Assembly (NCBI GenBank): GCA_040397175.1
Contig: JBBAWM010000002.1
Span: forward strand, 96,001-160,000
Origin: Candidatus Limnocylindrus sp.
Lineage (GTDB): Bacteria > Chloroflexota > Limnocylindria > Limnocylindrales > Limnocylindraceae
DNA length: 64,000 nucleotides
Direction: 5' to 3'
The notes under the pieces are model-generated. The model was not told the DNA's origin. It saw nothing but the letters and a program-made list of their open reading frames with translations, and made no database searches. The position numbers were made by a program, and so were the translations under genes. Below, one piece after another: positions 58,733-64,000 of this stretch; position 1 is the first letter of the stretch, and each line of letters opens with the position of its first letter.

Positions 58733-59668
58733 ATGACCTCATCGCTGCCCGTTGCTACCGATTCAGGTGCGCTCGGTGCGTGGCTTCGCGACGCCACCCC
58801 CGTGGATCGCATTGGAATTGAAGAGCGTGTGGCCACGCTCAAGACGCGCTCCATCAAGAAGTCGTCCAAGGTGTGGGCGCTGCGCCTGGCGCTCAGCATG
58901 TGCGACCTCACCACCCTGGAGGGGAAGGACACGCCCGGAAAGATCCGCCAACTCGCAACAAAGGCGATGCGGCCGCTGCCAGGCGACGCTTCGATGCCCT
59001 CGGTCGCAGCGCTCTGCTGCTACCCCGACCTCGTCGGCGTGGCGAAAGAGGCGCTCAAGGGGAGCAGCGTCAAGGTTGCAGCGGTGGCCACCGCATTCCC
59101 GAGCGGTCGTTCATGGATCGATCTAAAGATTGCCGAGACGAAGTACGCCGTTGCCGCCGGTGCCGATGAGATCGACATGGTGATTGACCGTGGCGCCTTC
59201 CTCGCCGGCGATTTCGCCAAGGTATGGGATGAGATCGTCGCCGTGAAAGAGGCCTGTGGCCCTGCACATTTGAAAGTGATTCTGGAGACGGGTGAGCTCG
59301 GCACCTATGACGACGTGCGGCGCGCCTCAGCGTTGGCAATTGCCGCCGGCGGCGACTTCATCAAGACCTCGACCGGCAAGGTCACCCCAGCGGCGACCCT
59401 CCCGGTCACCCTCGTCATGCTCGAGACGATCCGCGAGCATTGGAATCGCACCGGCAAGGTCGTTGGTATGAAGCCCGCCGGCGGCATTCGCACCGCCAAA
59501 GAGGCGATCCAATATCTCGTTGTCGTTCATGAGACGCTCGGTCCCGACTGGCTCACCCCTGACCGCTTCCGCTTCGGCGCATCGAGCCTGGTAAACGACC
59601 TACTGATGCAGCTGGAGAAAGAGGCGACTGGCGCCTACGCGGATCCGGACGACTTTACGCTCGATTAA
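58733..59668 (+). CDS. deoC: Deoxyribose-phosphate aldolase (long type 2)
   Basis: DLTTLEG.DT, FPSG, GADEIDMV, HLKVILETGEL, FIKTSTGK, KPAGGIR, RFGASSL. Confidence 0.96.
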   Translation: MTSSLPVATDSGALGAWLRDATPVDRIGIEERVATLKTRSIKKSSKVWALRLALSMCDLTTLEGKDTPGKIRQLATKAMRPLPGDASMPSVAALCCYPDLVGVAKEALKGSSVKVAAVATAFPSGRSWIDLKIAETKYAVAAGADEIDMVIDRGAFLAGDFAKVWDEIVAVKEACGPAHLKVILETGELGTYDDVRRASALAIAAGGDFIKTSTGKVTPAATLPVTLVMLETIREHWNRTGKVVGMKPAGGIRTAKEAIQYLVVVHETLGPDWLTPDRFRFGASSLVNDLLMQLEKEATGAYADPDDFTLD

Positions 59669-59710
59669 GGCCTAGGTCGAGCGGCGCCTTGCGGGCGCAG
59701 GTGGCTTCGA

Positions 59711-60652
59711 TTACGAACCGATCGGATGCCAGACGGTCTTCATCTCGAGGAAGGCGGTAATACCGTCGATGCGCTCACCGCGCTCTCCATCAAATGCGTC
59801 GGCGCGATCTTTCACCCCATGCGGGCGTCGGGCGACGCGTGCCACATGCTCGGCGGCTCCCTGCTCCGCCTCAACCAGGAGCTCGTCGGGGCAGCCCCAT
59901 AGGTCATAGCCATCGATATCGGCGTGGCGCACCAGGTGCGGCAAGAGTTCTGCGCGACGCGCGGTGATGATGTTGACCACGCCCGCTGGGGCGTCGCTCA
60001 CGGCGAGCGTTTCGGCCAGGGTCACAGCGGGGAGCGGCGCCGATTCACTTGCCAAGACAATCGCCACATTGCCGCCCGCCAGGATGCCACCCAGTCGCGA
60101 GACGAGGCCAAGGAGTGGCGAGGCTTCGGGTGCGATAGCGGCGATGACGCCCGTCGGCTCCGGCAGGGTGAAGACAAAGTGTGATGAGGCGACGGGATTG
60201 GTGCCGCCCAGTACCGCAGAGAGCTTGTCGGGCCAGCCGGCATACCAGACCATGCGATCGATGGCGGCCGAAACCTCGGCGGCGGCGTCGGACTTCGACG
60301 CCCCATGGTTGATCAGGTCGTCGCGGAATTGCGCCGCGCGCCCTTCCATCAGTTCCGCAACGCGATAGAGAATCTGCCCGCGCACCATGGCGGTACGGGC
60401 GGCCCATGGTTCGGCAGCGATGCGCGCAACACGAACCGCCTCGCGTAGATCTTTGCGCGAGCCGCCGGCAATGTTGGCGACGCCGCCCTTCGCGAGCTGC
60501 ACTTCGCGGCTGCGGCCAGATTCACTGCGCGGGAATGCGCCGCCGATGTAGAGCTTCGCGGTGCGCCGAACCTCAAGACGTTCGGCGCCATCTGAAGGCT
60601 CAATCGTCAGCGGGAGGTTGAGCTTCTCGGTGCGCTTCGACTTTTTTCCCAT
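59711..60652 (-). CDS. Short aldehyde-dehydrogenase-like protein (Rossmann half, no catalytic domain)
   Basis: KLYIGGAFPRSESGR, RGQILYR.AE, YAGWPDK, EP.GV, GVVNI, KTVWHP; no ELGG or catalytic Cys. Confidence 0.85.
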   Translation of the reverse strand: MGKKSKRTEKLNLPLTIEPSDGAERLEVRRTAKLYIGGAFPRSESGRSREVQLAKGGVANIAGGSRKDLREAVRVARIAAEPWAARTAMVRGQILYRVAELMEGRAAQFRDDLINHGASKSDAAAEVSAAIDRMVWYAGWPDKLSAVLGGTNPVASSHFVFTLPEPTGVIAAIAPEASPLLGLVSRLGGILAGGNVAIVLASESAPLPAVTLAETLAVSDAPAGVVNIITARRAELLPHLVRHADIDGYDLWGCPDELLVEAEQGAAEHVARVARRPHGVKDRADAFDGERGERIDGITAFLEMKTVWHPIGS

Positions 60653-60654
60653 GA

Positions 60655-62214
60655 CTAGGAGCTCCTCAGGTAGGCGTGCAGGCCCTGCATGCCACCCTCG
60701 CGTCCGTAGCCCGACTCCTTGTATCCGCCGAACGGCGCCGTTGGATCGAAGCGGTTGAAGGTATTCGCCCAGACCACGCCTGCCTTAAGGGCACTCGCGA
60801 CCTGCAGGATGCGACTCCCCTTCTCTGTCCAGATCCCGGCGGAGAGTCCGTATGCCGTGTTGTTCGCCTTCTCAATTGCCTCGGCAACGGTGCGGAAGGT
60901 GATGGTGGCCAGGACGGGCCCGAAGATCTCTTCGCGAGCGATGCGATGGCTCTGCGCCACGTTGGTGAAGAGTGTTGGACGGAAGAACCAGCCGCGCGTT
61001 GGCAGGTCGCAGGCGGGCTGCCAGATCTGGGCACCCTCGGCAACGCCGCTCGCAACGAGCTCACCGATGCTCTCCATCTGCGCCTTCGAGTTGATCGCGC
61101 CGATGTCGGTGTTCTTATCCATCGGATCGCCAATGCGCAGCATCGACATACGATCACGCAGCCGCGCCAGGAACTCTTCGGCGATCGACTCCTGCACAAG
61201 GAGGCGACTCCCCGCGCAGCAGACCTCGCCCTGATTGAAGAAGATGCCATTGACGACGCCTTCTACCGCCTGGTCAAGGGCCGCATCTTCAAAGACGATG
61301 TTCGCCGCCTTGCCGCCAAGTTCGAGGGTGAGGCCCTTCCCCTGCCCAGCGATCCCCTTGGCGATCGTGACGCCAACCGAGGTGCTGCCCGTAAAGGCGA
61401 CCTTCGCGACGCGCGGATCGGTGACGATCGACATGCCGGTGCTGCCCGGGCCAGTGACGATGTTGACGACGCCGTCTGGGAGTTCGGCCTGACGGCAGAC
61501 ATCGGCGAAGAGGAGCGCCGTGAGCGGCGTGGTTGAAGCGGGCTTCAGCACCACGGTGTTCCCCGCTGCGAGTGCCGGGGCGATCTTCCACGCCAGCATG
61601 AGGAGTGGGAAATTCCACGGGATCACCTGCCCAACCACGCCGTGCGCCTCGGGTCGACGGCCAGGAACGGCGTACTCGAGCTTGTCGGCCCAGCCGGCGT
61701 AGTACCAGAAGTGCGCGGCGGCGAGTGGCACATCCACATCACGCGACTCGCGGATTGGCTTGCCAGAATCCATCGTCTCGGTGACGGCGAACTCCCGGCT
61801 GCGCTCCTGCAGGATGCGGCTGATGCGGTACAGGTATTTCGCCCGCTCCCGAGGGTGCAACTTCGACCAAACCTTGCGGTACGCGCGGTCTGCGGCCTCA
61901 ATGGCGCGATCGGCGTCGGCGGGGGTCCCCTTTGCGATCTCGGCGAGGGGCTCCTCGGTAGCCGGGTTGTACGTGATCGTTACTTCGCCGCCTGAGGGGG
62001 CGCGCTCCTTCCCATCAATGAAGAGCCCGTAGCGCTGGCGAATCGTGACGATCTCACGGGATTCTGGCGCCGGGGCATAGGCCCATGGGCTAGCGCCCGA
62101 GAGGCCGGAGCTTGCGGGGGTCACGGTCGCGGCAGGGGCAGGGGCGGCCACGCCGGCGGCACGGGAGGCGCTCCGTCGAGGTGCTGCGCTCTTTGGTGTC
62201 TCTTCGCTCGGCAT
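60655..62214 (-). CDS. Aldehyde dehydrogenase (deoC-linked, ALDH16-like)
   Basis: PWNFP, FTGST, LELGGK, NQGEVCCAG, EEIFGP, PFGGYKESG.GREGG. Confidence 0.93.
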   Translation of the reverse strand: MPSEETPKSAAPRRSASRAAGVAAPAPAATVTPASSGLSGASPWAYAPAPESREIVTIRQRYGLFIDGKERAPSGGEVTITYNPATEEPLAEIAKGTPADADRAIEAADRAYRKVWSKLHPRERAKYLYRISRILQERSREFAVTETMDSGKPIRESRDVDVPLAAAHFWYYAGWADKLEYAVPGRRPEAHGVVGQVIPWNFPLLMLAWKIAPALAAGNTVVLKPASTTPLTALLFADVCRQAELPDGVVNIVTGPGSTGMSIVTDPRVAKVAFTGSTSVGVTIAKGIAGQGKGLTLELGGKAANIVFEDAALDQAVEGVVNGIFFNQGEVCCAGSRLLVQESIAEEFLARLRDRMSMLRIGDPMDKNTDIGAINSKAQMESIGELVASGVAEGAQIWQPACDLPTRGWFFRPTLFTNVAQSHRIAREEIFGPVLATITFRTVAEAIEKANNTAYGLSAGIWTEKGSRILQVASALKAGVVWANTFNRFDPTAPFGGYKESGYGREGGMQGLHAYLRSS

Positions 62215-62274
62215 TGGTGCATCCTACCGCGCCGACCACTTCCAGCGGCGTGAGGTATCGCCTACCCTTCGCGC

Positions 62275-63807
62275 ATGACAAACCATGGAACAGCGGCAAC
62301 TCCCCCGTTCATGCCAACGATGCTCATTGATGGCGTCTCACGCGGGGCCACCGACGGCCGCACCTTCACGTTGCGCCATCCCGCTAGCGGGGCCGCAATC
62401 GGTGAGATCCCACATGCCACTCCAGCCGACGTTGCCGCCGCCATCACTGCAGCGCGGCGTGCATTTGACGCGGGGGGATGGCGCACGACACTCCCCGCTG
62501 AACGCGCACGACTCCTCCTTGCCCTCGCCGACGCCGTCGAGCGCGAGGCGGATCACTTTGCCGACCTAGAGGTCTGGCAGACGGGCACCGCGCGCAAGTT
62601 GCGACGCGACGGAGACATTCCCGCCGTTATCGATCACCTTCGCTACTTCGCTGGAATCTTGCGAGCCCCTGAGGGAATCGCCGCAGGCGAGTACACCGGG
62701 AACCACACCTCCATGATTCGGCGTGAACCGATTGGCGTTGCTGCACTCATTGCACCGTGGAACTATCCGCTGGCCATGGCGGTCTGGCAGGCGGCACCGG
62801 CTCTGGCGGCTGGGAACACCGTCGTCATGAAGCCGGCCAGCGCCACACCGCTCGCAGCACTTCGGTTGGCAGAGCTCGCGCGTGAGGTCGGCTTCCCTGC
62901 TGGCGTCGTGAATGTGATCACCGGGCCAGGGGTCGAGATCGGCGCGCGATTCGCCGCCGATCCGCGTATCGACATCATCGCCCTCACGGGCGATAGCGCC
63001 ACGGGTCGTGAGCTGATGGCGGCAGGTGCCCCAACACTCAAGCGGCTACATCTGGAGCTTGGTGGCAAGGCGCCGTTTGTTGTCTTCGCCGACGCGGATA
63101 TCGAAGCCGCCGCACGAGGGGCGGTGGCTGGGGCCTATGTCAATGGCGGCCAAGACTGCACCGCCGCGACGCGCCTCTACGCGCAGCGTGAGATCTTCGA
63201 TCGGCTCGTTTCCCGCATTGCAGAGCTCACGGCACAGGTGCGCATCGGTGATCCATTCGATCCCGCAACCGATCTCGGCTCCTTAATCTCACGCACGCAC
63301 CGCGATCGCGTCGCTGGCTACGTTGACCGCGCCGTGGCCGCAGGGGCGCGAATCGTGGCCGGCGGTAGCGCGCAGCCAAGTGGTGTTCCCGTAGAGGGCG
63401 CCTACTTTGCGCCAACGCTGATCGTCGGAGCTCAACAGTCAAGCGAGATTGTGCAGCAAGAGGTCTTTGGCCCCGTGCTCGTCGCTCTCCCATTCAGTGA
63501 CGAGGCCGAGGCGATCAGCCTCGCGAATGACACACCATATGGTCTCGCCTCAAGCTGCTGGACAGCCGACGTTGCACGCGCCCATCGCATGGCGGCGGCC
63601 CTGAACTTTGGTTCGGTGCTCGTCAATGACCATCTCCCCTTCCTGAGTGAAATGCCGCATGGTGGCTTCAAGCAGTCGGGATTCGGCAAGGATCTCAGCC
63701 GCTACTCCTTCGAGGAGTACACGCAGATCAAGCACGTTGCGATTGAGCTCACCGGTGAGGCCGAGAAGGCGTGGCACTGGACAATCTTTGGCGACCCGAA
63801 GAGGTAG
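62275..63807 (+). CDS. Aminoaldehyde (gamma-aminobutyraldehyde-type) dehydrogenase
   Basis: IRREPIGV, PWNYP, LTG, HLELGGKAP, GQDCTA, EVFGP, EMPHGGFKQSG.GKDLS, resembling YdcW/PatD. Confidence 0.85.
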   Translation: MTNHGTAATPPFMPTMLIDGVSRGATDGRTFTLRHPASGAAIGEIPHATPADVAAAITAARRAFDAGGWRTTLPAERARLLLALADAVEREADHFADLEVWQTGTARKLRRDGDIPAVIDHLRYFAGILRAPEGIAAGEYTGNHTSMIRREPIGVAALIAPWNYPLAMAVWQAAPALAAGNTVVMKPASATPLAALRLAELAREVGFPAGVVNVITGPGVEIGARFAADPRIDIIALTGDSATGRELMAAGAPTLKRLHLELGGKAPFVVFADADIEAAARGAVAGAYVNGGQDCTAATRLYAQREIFDRLVSRIAELTAQVRIGDPFDPATDLGSLISRTHRDRVAGYVDRAVAAGARIVAGGSAQPSGVPVEGAYFAPTLIVGAQQSSEIVQQEVFGPVLVALPFSDEAEAISLANDTPYGLASSCWTADVARAHRMAAALNFGSVLVNDHLPFLSEMPHGGFKQSGFGKDLSRYSFEEYTQIKHVAIELTGEAEKAWHWTIFGDPKR

Positions 63808-63813
63808 AACGAC

Positions 63814-64000
63814 TTAGCTCCCGAGGAGCAGGTTCAGCCACGCATCGAGCGGCGAGTGTGTTGGGACATCAGGTTCAACGCGGCGCGCGCCAGAGCCCGG
63901 AGCATCGTCAGGGAGTGGTGCCGCATCCGCCGCCAGCACGAAGGGGCGCTCCACGGCGGAGCCGAGGCTATAGCCGCGTGCAACCAGCTCGAGGAAGGCC
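63814..64000 (-). CDS. C-terminal part of a probable FtsB/DivIC septum-formation initiator family protein
   Basis: Open frame from the window edge: AFLELVARGYSLGSAVERPFVL...PLDAWLNLLLGS*; E..AR..L...E pattern. Confidence 0.5.
   Translation of the reverse strand, partial: AFLELVARGYSLGSAVERPFVLAADAAPLPDDAPGSGARRVEPDVPTHSPLDAWLNLLLGS

Noticed and set aside
59684-59698. Small hairpin between convergent deoC and the short ALDH as a terminator
   Set aside because: Only about 5-6 bp and no U-tract on either strand; too weak to call.
59711-60652. Short ALDH as a pseudogene
   Set aside because: Intact frame with conserved family-specific ends and tight coupling to the full ALDH; fits a split ALDH16-like subunit.

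Overview
Gene-dense, high-GC bacterial chromosome segment made mostly of minus-strand housekeeping genes. About 30 gene junctions have overlapping stop/start codons and about 13 genes look leaderless. Gene content and order, EF-P with an MGRG loop, Rel with an xFDD motif, MurE with EDPR plus a Fem ligase, and a DTE xanthorhodopsin suggest a streamlined aquatic Chloroflexota, probably Limnocylindria/SL56-like (inference, not a database result). The left end holds a phototrophy divergon: a fenestrated DTE rhodopsin on +, facing DUF4332, a Lit-like transacylase and a fused two-domain lycopene cyclase (missing from the ORF track) on -, with a perfect palindrome between them, followed by tRNA-Pro(GGG). 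The middle holds gpsA, der, ispH, plsC, cmk, rluB, scpB/A, an HD-like gene, xerD, recN, nadK, dxs, xseB/A, efp, pepP, mltG, ruvX, alaS, mnmA, iscS, typA, aspS, hisS, rel, murE, fem, murJ, xerC, topA, dprA, comM, a NUDIX-like gene, tyrA, an M20 peptidase, ftsH and tRNA-Met. The right end holds a nucleoside scavenging cluster: two nucleoside hydrolases, a BMP/Nup ABC transporter with a structured leader, a deaminase, deoC and a split ALDH16-like pair, then an aminoaldehyde dehydrogenase and a partial FtsB-like gene. No CRISPR array, rRNA, prophage or IS element was seen. All calls are by eye from motifs, and no searches were run.
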